DNA of 64,000 nucleotides, taken from positions 201,407 to 265,406 of the forward strand of contig CAVURK010000008.1 of NCBI GenBank assembly GCA_963743855.1. The letters run 5' to 3'. Source of the stretch: an uncultured Chloroflexia bacterium (GTDB lineage: Bacteria; Chloroflexota; Limnocylindria; Limnocylindrales; CSP1-4). Numbering within the stretch: the stretch's first letter is position 1; every line of letters starts with the position of its first letter. The notes beneath the pieces were generated by a model, which saw only the letters and a program-made list of their open reading frames with translations, was not told the origin of the DNA and searched no databases. Positions 10,613 through 20,148 of this stretch are shown in pieces. A program made the position numbers and the translations under genes.

Positions 10613-12020
10613 CGTCCAGGCCGCCGCGCTCGACGAACCGACCGGCGCCACGCGTCCCGACGAACTCGCCGTCGCGGATGACCGCTCGACCTCGGACGAG
10701 GACGCTTCGGACTGCCCCGGTCACCTCGAGGCCCTCGTACGGCGTGTAGTCGCTCGTGTGGTGGAGGTCCACGGCGCGGATCGTGCGCCGGGCCGCCGGA
10801 TCGAACAGGACGATGTCGGCGTCCCGACCCATCTCGATCGCGCCCTTGGCTCCGAGTCCGAACCGGCGGGCCGGGGTCGTCGACAGCAGGTCGACCATCC
10901 GCTCGAGCGTGATCCGACCCTTGCCCACGCCCTCGCTGTACAGGACCGCCAGGAGCGTCTCGATGCCCGGCGCGCCGTTGCTGATCTTGTTGAATGGCAC
11001 ACCCCGGGCCGCCTCGGCCTTCTCGGTGTCGAGCCGGTCGGGGACATGATCCGTGGCCACCAGGTCGAGCGAGCCATCGGCCAGACCGGCCCACAGGGCG
11101 TCGCGGTCGGCCGGCGACCGGAGTGGCGGCGCGATGACGAAGCGAGCGCACGACACGGGATCGGGGTCGTCGTAGCGCTCGTCGGTGAGGACCAGGTAGT
11201 GCGGGCAGGTCTCGGCGCTGACCCTGACCCCGGAGGCCTTGGCGCGTCGGACCTCGTCGAGCGCCGCGGCCGAGCTGAGATGGACGACGTGGACCGGCGC
11301 CTCGGTCATCCGCGCGAACGCGAGTGCCCGGGCCGTCGCGACGGCCTCGACGTAGCTTGGTCGCGTAGTAGCGTGGTAGCGAGGTAGCACGTCACCATGC
11401 TGCAAAGCGGACGCGACGGCGGCATCGAGCAGCACGGGGTCCTCGCAATGGACCTGGAGCATCCCGCCGTGTCGGCCCATGACCCGGATCGCCTCGAACA
11501 GTCGCTGGTCCGTGAGCCGGAAGTCGAAGACCATGAACGCCTTCGACGTCGCGACGCCGGCGTCGATCGTGGCCGGCAGCTCGGCGATCGGGTCATCGGC
11601 GTGACCGCTGACTGCGAGGCTCAGGCCGATGTCGATCGCGCTGTCACCGTCGGTCGCCGACCGCCATTCGCGGATGCCCGTGACGAGCGATCGTTCGGCA
11701 TCCGGCGACGAGCCCGTCCCCGGATTGTTGAACGACAGGAACGTCGTCGTGCCTCCGAACGCGGCAGCCACCGAATCCTGGAAGAACCGATCGGGATGGG
11801 CGTCGTTCGCGACGCGCGTGTGGGTATGGACGTCGATGACGCCCGGCAGCACGAGCAGCCCCGTCGCGTCGATCGTCTCGCGCGCCGACGCACGAAGGGC
11901 GCCGAGATCGGGCTCGATCGCGGCGATCCGCCCGCCCCTGATCGCCAGATCGGCCCGCCGCGAGCCATCGACGCCAACGACCGTCCCGCCGCTGATGACG
12001 AGATCGGGGGTGTCGGTCAC
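10608..12020 (-). CDS. D-hydantoinase / dihydropyrimidinase-type cyclic amidohydrolase (candidate allantoinase by context)
   Basis: Intact 470-aa ORF. Motifs: VLPGVIDVHTHT, AAAFGGTTT, VHCED, SAETCPHYL, APPLR, ATDHVP, ISNGAPGIE, GRDADIVLFDP, VTGAVRSVLVRG. Confidence 0.85.
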   Translation of the reverse strand: MTDTPDLVISGGTVVGVDGSRRADLAIRGGRIAAIEPDLGALRASARETIDATGLLVLPGVIDVHTHTRVANDAHPDRFFQDSVAAAFGGTTTFLSFNNPGTGSSPDAERSLVTGIREWRSATDGDSAIDIGLSLAVSGHADDPIAELPATIDAGVATSKAFMVFDFRLTDQRLFEAIRVMGRHGGMLQVHCEDPVLLDAAVASALQHGDVLPRYHATTRPSYVEAVATARALAFARMTEAPVHVVHLSSAAALDEVRRAKASGVRVSAETCPHYLVLTDERYDDPDPVSCARFVIAPPLRSPADRDALWAGLADGSLDLVATDHVPDRLDTEKAEAARGVPFNKISNGAPGIETLLAVLYSEGVGKGRITLERMVDLLSTTPARRFGLGAKGAIEMGRDADIVLFDPAARRTIRAVDLHHTSDYTPYEGLEVTGAVRSVLVRGRAVIRDGEFVGTRGAGRFVERGGLDG

Positions 12021-13430
12021 CGGGCGAGGATACCGCCTCCCACGTCACCGACCGGGGTCCCGGCGGTGACTGCTGCGAGGACCGGATCGATCCCCGCCAG
12101 GTAATCCTCGGACGAGAAGGGGATCGCGAGATCGGGCTCGATCGTGATCCGCGGGTCGTCGGGTGTGCTCTTCTGCCAATAGCGGGTCGCCATGTAGAGC
12201 GGCTGACCGCCATAGGGCAGATCGACCCGCCGCGCGTCGCCGTAGAGGTTCGGGCTGCCACCCATGTCCTCGCCGACGAACGTCGCATCCGTCGTCGATT
12301 TCGACCTCTGTGGCGAAGTTCGCGGCCGCCGAGAAGGTCAACCGTCCGATCAGCACGTTCAGACGTCCTGGCTGATCGATGGCCGGATCCTGGAGGACGG
12401 CGAGGAGGTGACCATAGGTCGTGTTGTCGCCGCCCCCGTTGTTGCGGAGGTCGACCACGACGCGGTCGACGCCCGGCTGCTTGGCACGGGCCAGGAACTC
12501 GTCCGCGACCGAGTCGATGCCGCCCTCGACGGCGTTGTACTGGACATAGAGCGTCTTCGAGTCGGCGAGATAGGTCCACCACAACGGCTTGGCGACGTTG
12601 CGGAGCCACAGGGCATCCGTGGAGCGGAGCCTGAGCGGGTCGCCTCCGTGCCAGGCGATGTCGTCATCGGCGGAGATCGGCGCGATCTCGACATCGCGCT
12701 CGGCGCCAGACGGATCGACGACGCCGAATGTCGCCGGCCCGACTCGCTCCTGGACGCCCAGCCCGGTGAGCACCTCGCTCATCCGCAGGTAGAGCGGCTC
12801 GTACGCGAGCAGATTCGACGGGTTGTCGCGTGGCGTCAGCGGCTCGACCAGCGCGAGGACGTCGGCGACCGGCCGCCGGGCGATGGTCTCGATCCGCGAG
12901 CCGACGAGATCCTCGTAGGGCGCCCGTGCCGCCGTGATGAAGAGCCCATCGCTGAACTGCCAGAGGAGGATCGGGAACTCGTGCGTGCCTGCCCCCGGGA
13001 AGATCCCGGTGTGACCCTCGCGGCCACCGAGACCGGGCATCACGGTGAGCCGCAGCAGCTCGACGAGCGCCTGCTCGTCGGTCATCGACGGGATGCGGGC
13101 CTTGACTGCGTCGGCCGCAGCGACCCACGTCGCACGCGGCAGATCGTGCCACGGGTCGGGGTGGAGCCGCTCGCGCGCCTCGAGCAGGGCGTCGATGTCG
13201 GCCCGCCAGCCCTCATCGCGCGACAGGGTCGATGGGGCAGGGGAGGGCGAGGCTGAAGCCGAGGCCGTGCTGGCGGACGGAGTCGCGGAGGTCACCGTCG
13301 GCGCCGGGGACACCGCCGGCGCCTGGCTCGATGGCAGCATCGGCCCGCAGCCGCCGAGGGACAGCACGAGAACGAGCCCGATGACGCCGCGTCGAGCGAC
13401 CCGATGACCGGGGATCCGGGCGGTCAGCAC
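12017..13430 (-). pseudogene. S41-family peptidase lipoprotein; one slip near 12268
   Basis: Signal peptide with lipobox LVLSLGGCG, then a PT/S-rich linker. Motifs VVVDLRNNGGGD and LTFSAAANFA. The C-terminal 82 codons are in ORF 12017..12265. Its stop overlaps the hydantoinase start. Confidence 0.7.
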
Positions 13431-13442
13431 GTCACCGCACGG

Positions 13443-13526
13443 TCAGCCGCGCCGCCGCCGGGCACCGACGGCGATCACGATCACCACGATGATGGCGACC
13501 AGGACGGCGGTCTCGCTGCCGGTCAC
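13443..13526 (-). CDS. 27-codon mini-ORF encoding one TM helix plus a polybasic tail
   Basis: GTG 13526. Reads VTGSETAVLVAIIVVIVIAVGARRRRG-stop. It is in frame with the gene upstream and separated from it only by TGA plus one codon. Confidence 0.25.
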   Translation of the reverse strand: MTGSETAVLVAIIVVIVIAVGARRRRG

Positions 13527-13529
13527 CGG

Positions 13530-13952
13530 TCAGTCGACTTCGCGGATCGAGATCGACTGCGCTCCCTCCCAGAGACAGCGCCGGCCCATCTCGCGGAGCC
13601 GGTCATCCCAGCCCTCGTCGGCGATGACCGTCGCGAAATGGTTGGCGGCCAGCTGCCCGACCTTCGACGCGGTCGTGCAGCCGCCGTACGGGAAGAAGAT
13701 CTCGCACTCGCTGATCCCGCCCGGGTAGATCGCCAGCTGGCCCGGCGCCGGGTGCGAGGTGTGGTTCTCGTACTCGAGCCCGGGCCGCAGGTCCCCGAAC
13801 GGGATCCAGGTCGATTCGCCCGTCCAGCGGCAGTGGATGAGCTTCGCCTCGATCGGCAGCATGTGCCGGATCGCCTCGACCGTGTTGGGTGCCCCGGGCT
13901 CCCAGCGGGCGCTAAAGTGGAGGTCACCGACGTCGATCTGCAACGTTCCCAT
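13530..13952 (-). CDS. small conserved cytosolic protein, possibly the DUF3830/cyclophilin-like family (assigned from memory, unverified)
   Basis: Intact 140-aa ORF with natural composition: LIHCRWTGESTWIPFGD, AIYPGGISECEIFFPYGG. It is 14 bp from the divergent uraH start. Confidence 0.7.
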   Translation of the reverse strand: MGTLQIDVGDLHFSARWEPGAPNTVEAIRHMLPIEAKLIHCRWTGESTWIPFGDLRPGLEYENHTSHPAPGQLAIYPGGISECEIFFPYGGCTTASKVGQLAANHFATVIADEGWDDRLREMGRRCLWEGAQSISIREVD

Positions 13953-13966
13953 CCGCGGAGGATAGC

Positions 13967-14287
13967 GTGGCCCCGACCATCTCGACCCACGTGCTGGATA
14001 CCGAGACGGGCATGCCGGCGGCCGGTATCCACGTGACCCTCTACCGACTCGTCGACGACGGGCGCCCGATGCGCCTGAGCCAGGCGCTGACCGACGATGA
14101 CGGTCGGATCCACGACCTCCTGGAGCGCCCGCTGACGGCCGGGGACTACCGGCTCGAGTTCGGTCTGCCGCGCGGCGGCTTCTTCGAGCGGGTCAGCCTC
14201 GACCTCCACGTCAGCGACGCCGCGCGGAGCTACCACGTCCCGTTGCTGATGGCGCCGTTCTCGCTGACGACCTACCGCGGGAGCTGA
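13967..14287 (+). CDS. uraH: 5-hydroxyisourate hydrolase (transthyretin-like)
   Basis: Intact 106-aa ORF with a GTG start after GGAGGA. Motifs: ISTHVLDTETGMPAAG and HVPLLMAPFSLTTYRGS, including the C-terminal YRGS signature. Confidence 0.9.
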   Translation: MAPTISTHVLDTETGMPAAGIHVTLYRLVDDGRPMRLSQALTDDDGRIHDLLERPLTAGDYRLEFGLPRGGFFERVSLDLHVSDAARSYHVPLLMAPFSLTTYRGS

Positions 14288-14308
14288 TCCGCGTCCGCGT
14301 CGAGCGGG

Positions 14309-14330
14309 CGTGACACGACAAGCTGTCACG
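14309..14330 (+). terminator. hairpin cGTGACA-N8-TGTCACg after uraH
   Basis: 7-bp stem, 22 nt after the uraH stop and 23 nt before the next ATG. No U-tract. It could equally be an operator. Confidence 0.3.
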
Positions 14331-14352
14331 GCGCGACGCCATCGTTCGGCGC

Positions 14353-15639
14353 ATGGAACCCGCCACGCTCCCACCGCTCACCGTCGTCACCGGCTCGGAC
14401 GTCTCGCCGGCCGGCCCGCGCGTCCGCGTCGATGGCGACCGGATCGTCGTCGAGCGGCTGATCATCAACGACGGTCCCCTCGCGACGTTCCTCGCGGAAC
14501 GCCCCGCCGACGACCGCCCCGAGCTCGTCGGGCGCGCGCTGCGGATCGGCCTGCTCGCGCTGCAGGACGCTGGCGTCACGGTCAACGTGGACGTCGTCCG
14601 GGCCGAGTTCGAGAAGCTCGTCCGTCAGGCCGAATTGGTCAACGAGAAGGCGGCGCTCGCGCTCGAGCAGACGCTTCGCTCGAACTTCGCCGACGGTGAC
14701 GGACGCCTGCCACGCACGCTCGAGAAGTTCCTCGGCGACCGCGGCGCGTTGCGGACGATGGTCGACGAGCTGTTCGACGAGTCGAAGCGGGACAGCGCGA
14801 TCGGGCGCATCGGGTCGATGCTCGAGCGCTACTTCGACGGCGATGCCTCGAAGCTCGCGACGCTGCTCGACCCGACCCGGCTCCACTCTCCGATGCACCA
14901 GTTCCGTCAGGAGATGACCGCCGGCTTCAAGTCACTCGAGGAGCGCCTGGTCGCCATCGAGGCCGCGGCGTCCGCGCGCGGTGCCGAACGGGCTCGATCG
15001 GCGGCGAAGGGCGGCGACTTCGAGGATCTGCTCGAAGCGATGCTGGCCGACGTCGCGCGGGGTGCCGGTGACCTGCTCGACCGGACCGGGACCGAGGCCG
15101 GCTCGGTCATGAAGTCGAAGAAGGGCGATTTCGTGCTGACCCTCGACCCGCGGATCGCGCGCGGCTGCGACGTCCGGGTCGTCATCGAGGCCAAGGATCG
15201 CCCGATGTCGATGCGCGCGATGCGCGAGGAGCTGCGCGAGGCCCGCGAGAACCGTGGCGCCGCGGTCGCACTGGTCGTCTTCACGCCGGCCCATGCGCCG
15301 AGCGGTGTCGCTCCGTTCAACATCGTCGGCGACGACGTCTACTGCGTCGTCGATCCCGCCGACCCCGACCCGGCCACGCTCGAGGCCGCCGTTCGGCTCG
15401 CACGACTGCTCGCCCTCGCGTCGCTCGTCGAACGTGAGGTCGAGGTCGATGCAGCGGCGATCGGTGCCGCTCTGACCGCGATCCGCGAGCAGCTCGAGGT
15501 CGTCCGGACCCTGAAGGCGCAGCTGACCTCGATCATGACCAGCACCAAGGCCGTCTGGACGGGGCTTGATACGATGCGTGGGAGCATCCTCGCCCGGGTC
15601 GCGGAGGCCGAAGCGGAGCTGCGGACCACGTCCGGATAG
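14353..15639 (+). CDS. hypothetical protein; helical/coiled-coil N-terminal half and a PD-(D/E)xK-like motif (D259...E279-A-K281)
   Basis: Intact 428-aa ORF with natural composition. Reads KGGDFEDLLEAML...KSKKGDFVLTLDP...VRVVIEAKDRPMSMRAMREEL...AAVALVVF. I recognise no family with confidence. Confidence 0.75.
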   Translation: MEPATLPPLTVVTGSDVSPAGPRVRVDGDRIVVERLIINDGPLATFLAERPADDRPELVGRALRIGLLALQDAGVTVNVDVVRAEFEKLVRQAELVNEKAALALEQTLRSNFADGDGRLPRTLEKFLGDRGALRTMVDELFDESKRDSAIGRIGSMLERYFDGDASKLATLLDPTRLHSPMHQFRQEMTAGFKSLEERLVAIEAAASARGAERARSAAKGGDFEDLLEAMLADVARGAGDLLDRTGTEAGSVMKSKKGDFVLTLDPRIARGCDVRVVIEAKDRPMSMRAMREELREARENRGAAVALVVFTPAHAPSGVAPFNIVGDDVYCVVDPADPDPATLEAAVRLARLLALASLVEREVEVDAAAIGAALTAIREQLEVVRTLKAQLTSIMTSTKAVWTGLDTMRGSILARVAEAEAELRTTSG

Positions 15640-15649
15640 GGCTATCGCT

Positions 15650-15666
15650 GCCCCGGACGGCGGGGC
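15650..15666 (+). terminator. GC hairpin GCCCCG-gacgg-CGGGGC
   Basis: 6-bp perfect stem, 11 nt after the stop at 15639. No U-tract. Confidence 0.35.
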
Positions 15667-15726
15667 TACGCTGAGTGGGACGAAGGAGCCGTAGGCGAAC
15701 GGAGGGTCTGAGGACACGATCGGTCG

Positions 15727-18168
15727 ATGCACCGCCGGCTCGCGCCCCTGTTCCTCGCCGCGCTCATCGCCCTCCCGATCGCCGTCCCCGCCAACGCCAC
15801 GGAGCCTGCGGCGTCCCCGCCTCCCACGGCGAGCGACGCACCATCGAGCCCCCCGCCCGCCGTCGAGCCGACGGCCGAGCCCACCACAGAGCCGACGACC
15901 GAGCCGAGCCCTGCTCCGAGCACCGAGCCGGAGACGAGCCCGGCGCCCGGGGACGCGGTCGGCGCAGCGGCCACGATCGGCGACCCGACACCGGACGCTT
16001 CCACGGCTCCCGTCATTCCCGACGCGACCGGCCGCTACATCGTGATGCTGCGGAACGGGTCCGACACCGCGGCCGTGGTCGACAAGGCACGCAAGCGGGA
16101 CGGCGTCAAGGCTGACCACAGCTTCGGTCGCGCCATGCGTGGGTTCTCGGCCAAGCTCGACAAGAAGCAGAAGGCTGACCTCCAGGCCGACCCGAACGTC
16201 GTCGCCGTCGTCCCGGACGGGATCATCACCATGACCCAGACGACCCCGACCGGCGTCGCCCGGGTCGGTGGCGCGCTGAGCAAGATCGCGGTCATCGACG
16301 GGACCGACCAACGGGTCGACGCCGACGTCGCCATCGTCGACACGGGGATCACCGCCGTCCCCGACCTCAACGTCGCGGGCGGCCACAACTGCTCGACCTC
16401 GGACCCGAACGCCTGGCGCGACAAGAACGACCACGGGACGCACGTCGCGGGCACGGTCGCCGCGCTCGACAACAGCTTCGGCGTCGTCGGCGTGGCACCG
16501 GGCGCCCGGGTGTGGGCCGTCAAGATCCTCAACGACGACGGCTACGGGCTGATCTCGTGGTACGTCTGCGGCCTCGACTGGATCCTCGCCCAGCGTGACC
16601 CGAACGACGCAAGCCGGCCGCTCTTCGAGGCGGTCAACATGAGCGTCACCAAGGCCGGCTCCGACGACCACAACTGCGGCCTGACCAACCACGACGTCCT
16701 GCACCAGGCGATCTGTCGCGTGGTCGCCGGCGGCATCACGGTCGTCGCGGCCGCCGCCAACGACCACCACAACGCAGCGGCCAACATCCCGGCCAGCTAC
16801 GACGAGGTCATCACGGTCTCGGCCCTGGCCGACACCGACGGCAAGCCGGGTGGGCTCGGTGGCAACCGCTGCTTCTCGTGGGGCGGCTACGACAAGGACG
16901 ACACGTTCGCCGACTTCAGCAACTACGGGCGCGGACATCGACATCATGGCCCCCGGCAAATGCATCCTGTCGACCATCCCGGGACCCGGCTACGCCTACA
17001 TGTCGGGTACGTCGATGGCGGCTCCGACCGTCACCGGCGCGGTCGCTCTCTACAAGTCGAGCCGCCCGAACGCCACCCCGGCCGAGGTCCGCGAGGCCCT
17101 CCGCTACCTCGGCAATCTCGACTGGAAGACCTCGACCGACCCCGACAGCACGCACGAGCCGCTGCTCGACGTGTCGCGGATCGGCCCGCTCGGGACGTTC
17201 TCCCTGTCGCCCGGCGCGAGCCCGCGTGACGATCGAGGGCGGCGACAACCACCTCGGTCCCGGTCACGATCGGCCGGAGCGCGACGTTCTTCGAGCGCGT
17301 GACACTGTCCGCGACGTCGCTGCCCGCCGGCTGGACCGCCGGCGCGCAGCGTCAACCCGATGGGCTGGACCGCGAACACAGGGATGGTCGCCCTCAAGCC
17401 ATCCCAAGGACGAGGTCCCCGGGACGTACCAGTCGACGTCCAGGGCACCAACCAGGGCCGCACGATGACGACCACGCTCACCGTCAACGTCGTCGAGGAC
17501 GACCCGACGGCCAAGGCACCGGTCGCCTCGCTCGAGCTCGGCAGCAAGATGATGCTGAACGCGGTCCTCGTCGACGTCACCTGGCCGGCCGCCACCGACC
17601 CGACCAGCCCGATCGCGGGCTACGAAGTCCAACGCAGCGTCGGCGGAGCAGCCTGGGGCCCGACCGTCGCACTCGCGGCGTCGCAGCGCAGCGCCACGTT
17701 CATCGCCGGCTTCAACACGACCGTACCGCTTCCGGGTCCGTGCGATCGACAGCGGCGGGCACTGGAGCCCGTGGGTCGGCGGCACGCGTTCGACCGTCGT
17801 GCAGATCGCGGACGACCGGAGTCGTTCGGTGAGTCGCAGCAGCGGGTGGACCCGGGACGCGAGCTCGTCCGCCTATCAGACGACCGTGAGCAGCTCGTCG
17901 AACGGCGGCAGCACGATCTCGATGAACTTCACCGGTCACGGCATCGCGGTGGTCGTGCCGCAGCGGTCCGACCCGTGGTGCTGCACGGGTCTCCATCGAT
18001 GGCGTCTACCTGGGAACGATCTGGGAATGGCAGCGCACGAGCGCCAGCCGCCAGATGCTGTTCACACGAGCATTCGCGAGCGGCGGCGCCCATCGCATCA
18101 CGCTCACGGTCCTCGGCGGCGGGCCTCACCCGTCATTCCAACTTGATGCGTTCGTCGTCCTGAAGTAG
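15727..18168 (+). pseudogene. secreted subtilisin-like (S8) protease with an I9 propeptide, an FN3-like domain and C-terminal beta domains; 3' half frame-slipped
   Basis: Signal peptide, then a PT-rich linker and an I9-like propeptide (RYIVMLRNG...). Catalytic motifs: AIVDTGI, HGTHVAGT and, after the first slip, GTSMAAPTVTG. An FN3-like piece reads AGYEVQRS...YRFRVRAIDSGGHWSPW. The protein ends HPSFQLDAFVVLK. Frames step 1-2-0-1-2-0-1, with slips at ~16925, 17222, 17262, 17350, 17740 and 17980. Confidence 0.8.
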
Positions 18169-18173
18169 GGGTC

Positions 18174-18192
18174 CGCAAGGCCGTCCCTTGCG
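18174..18192 (+). terminator. hairpin CGCAAGG-ccgtc-CCTTGCG
   Basis: 7-bp perfect stem, 6 nt after the S8 protease stop (TAG 18166-18168). Confidence 0.35.
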
Positions 18193-18268
18193 CGGGTGCG
18201 CTATGGTGACCGTCGCGACGCCCCGGGCGGGTATCCGGGGCACGGTCGGCGACAACCAAGAGGTCGGC

Positions 18269-19219
18269 ATGGCGCGTGCGATGTGGAAGGGGGCCATCCA
18301 GTTCGGATTGGTCACCATCCCGGTCAAGCTCTATCTCGCGACGGAATCCAAGGGCATCAGCTTCAACATGCTCCACAAGACGGACCTGTCGCGGATCCAG
18401 ATGAAGGTCTGGTGTCCCGTCGAGGACGAGCCGATCTCCCGCGGCGACACGGTCAAGGGCTACGAATACTCGCCGGGCGAGTACGTCGTGATCACCGACG
18501 AGGACCTCGAGAACGTCCCGCTCAAGACCGTCCGATCGATCGAGATCGAGCAGTTCACCAAGGCCGAGCGCGACGATGCCGCCGTCCGCTTCGTCAAGAG
18601 CGCCTATTACCTCGAGCCCGACAAGATCGGCCGCAAGGCATTCAACCTCCTCAAGTCCGTCCTGGATGAGGACGGCCTGACCGCGATCTGCAAGGTCGTC
18701 ATCAAGGACCGCGAGGCGCTGGCCGCGCTCGATCCGTTCGGCGACACCATGCTGCTGACCACGCTCCACTGGCCCGATGAGATCCGGTCCGTGGCCGACC
18801 TGGACCTCGGCGAGGAGTCCTACGAGTTCAAGCCGGCGGAGCTGGCGATGGCCAAGCAGCTCGTGTCCGCGATGACCGGTGAGTTCGACCCGGCCCAGTA
18901 CAAGGACGAGTACCGCGAGGCGCTCGAGACCATCATCCAGGCCAAGGTCGAGGGCCGCGAGACGGTCGCCGTCGAGGCGCCCGAGGAGAGCGGCAAGCTC
19001 ATCGACCTGATGGCTGCCCTCGAGGCCTCGGTCAACGCGGCCAAGGCGGCCCGGGATTCGAGCCCGACCAAGCCGGTGTCCGTCTCCGACGCGAAGGCCG
19101 CCAAGGCCGAGAAGACGTCGAAGTCCGCCACTGCGGCCAAGGCCAAGGCCGACGACGAGGCCGCGGAGGACGAGGCTGAAGCGGCCGCCAAGCCGGCCCG
19201 AAAGCGCAAGACCGCCTGA
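18269..19219 (+). CDS. ku: Ku DNA end-binding protein with a Lys/Ala-rich basic tail
   Basis: The ATG follows GAGGT. Reads MARAMWKGAIQFGLVTIPVKLY...YEYSPGEYVVITDEDL...YYLEPD. Intact. Confidence 0.9.
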   Translation: MARAMWKGAIQFGLVTIPVKLYLATESKGISFNMLHKTDLSRIQMKVWCPVEDEPISRGDTVKGYEYSPGEYVVITDEDLENVPLKTVRSIEIEQFTKAERDDAAVRFVKSAYYLEPDKIGRKAFNLLKSVLDEDGLTAICKVVIKDREALAALDPFGDTMLLTTLHWPDEIRSVADLDLGEESYEFKPAELAMAKQLVSAMTGEFDPAQYKDEYREALETIIQAKVEGRETVAVEAPEESGKLIDLMAALEASVNAAKAARDSSPTKPVSVSDAKAAKAEKTSKSATAAKAKADDEAAEDEAEAAAKPARKRKTA

Positions 19220-19249
19220 TCCATCGGCGGCCCGTCGGCCCCGATCCGC

Positions 19250-20041
19250 TTAGTACGGTCGCGCTGCCAGTACCCCGCCGTCGACCACCAGATCCTGCCC
19301 CGTGATCCAGCGCGCGGCCGGTGACGCCAGGAACAGGCACGCGTCGGCGATGTCATCCGGCTCACCCAGCCGCCCGAGGGGGGCCTTGCCGAGCCAGCGC
19401 TCGACGCCCTCCGGCCAGGTCTTCTCGATGCCCGCCTTGTGGATCAGCCCAGGCGAGACGGAATTGACCCGGATGCCGGATGGCCCGAGCTCCTGCGCGC
19501 ATGACCGGGTGAATGCCAGGACCGCGGCCTTGGCGCTGTTGTAGTGGCTGTGGTCGCTGGCTGGCCTCGATGCCGAGATCGAGCCGATATTGACGATCGC
19601 CCCGCCACCGCGCTCGCGCATCACCGCCGCCGCTGCCTGTGTGCACAGGAACATCGATTCGATGTTGTCGCGGAACATCGCCCGCCACTCGACCAGGGAG
19701 ATCTCGGCGAGCGGGTGGAGCGGGAAGTTCTGACCCGCGTTGTTGACCAGGATATCGACCGGTCCAAGTCGGTCGTCGGCGTCGGCGAAGAAATGCGTGA
19801 CACCCAATTCGGTATCGAGCTTGGCGCCGATCGCGACCGCGGTGCCGCCGGTGGCATTGATCTTCGCGACCACGTGCCGTGCGGCCTGCCGATCGCGGCG
19901 ATAGTGCACGACCACTCTCGCCCCGGCCGTCGCGAACCGCGCAGCGATCCCGGCTCCGATCCCCTGCGACGCCCCGGTCACGATCGCAACGCGACCGGTC
20001 AGGTCGAGAAGGTCCCGCAGATGCGGAGCGTCGGATGCCAT
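19250..20041 (-). CDS. SDR-family oxidoreductase (FabG-like)
   Basis: Motifs: VAIVTGASQGIG, VNNAG, YNSAKAA, the catalytic Y-x3-K, and PGLI. Intact. An alternative upstream ATG lies at 20092. Confidence 0.85.
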   Translation of the reverse strand: MASDAPHLRDLLDLTGRVAIVTGASQGIGAGIAARFATAGARVVVHYRRDRQAARHVVAKINATGGTAVAIGAKLDTELGVTHFFADADDRLGPVDILVNNAGQNFPLHPLAEISLVEWRAMFRDNIESMFLCTQAAAAVMRERGGGAIVNIGSISASRPASDHSHYNSAKAAVLAFTRSCAQELGPSGIRVNSVSPGLIHKAGIEKTWPEGVERWLGKAPLGRLGEPDDIADACLFLASPAARWITGQDLVVDGGVLAARPY

Positions 20042-20148
20042 CGCTTCGAAGTATGCGGGGCTCGACCGGCCAAGGATGTCCATCCGACGCACAACCTGAA
20101 GGGGCCGATATGCGTCGCCCCGCGCGAGTGCGTCACACTTTCAGTGAC

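Noticed and set aside
13527-13529. The in-frame TGA between the DUF3830-like gene and the TM mini-ORF, considered as a selenocysteine codon.
   Set aside because: The only downstream structure is a 4-bp CCGG-tga-CCGG stem, nothing like a bacterial SECIS hairpin. The sequence context (D-TGA-P) is not a redox motif. Readthrough or error remains possible and is reported as a finding.
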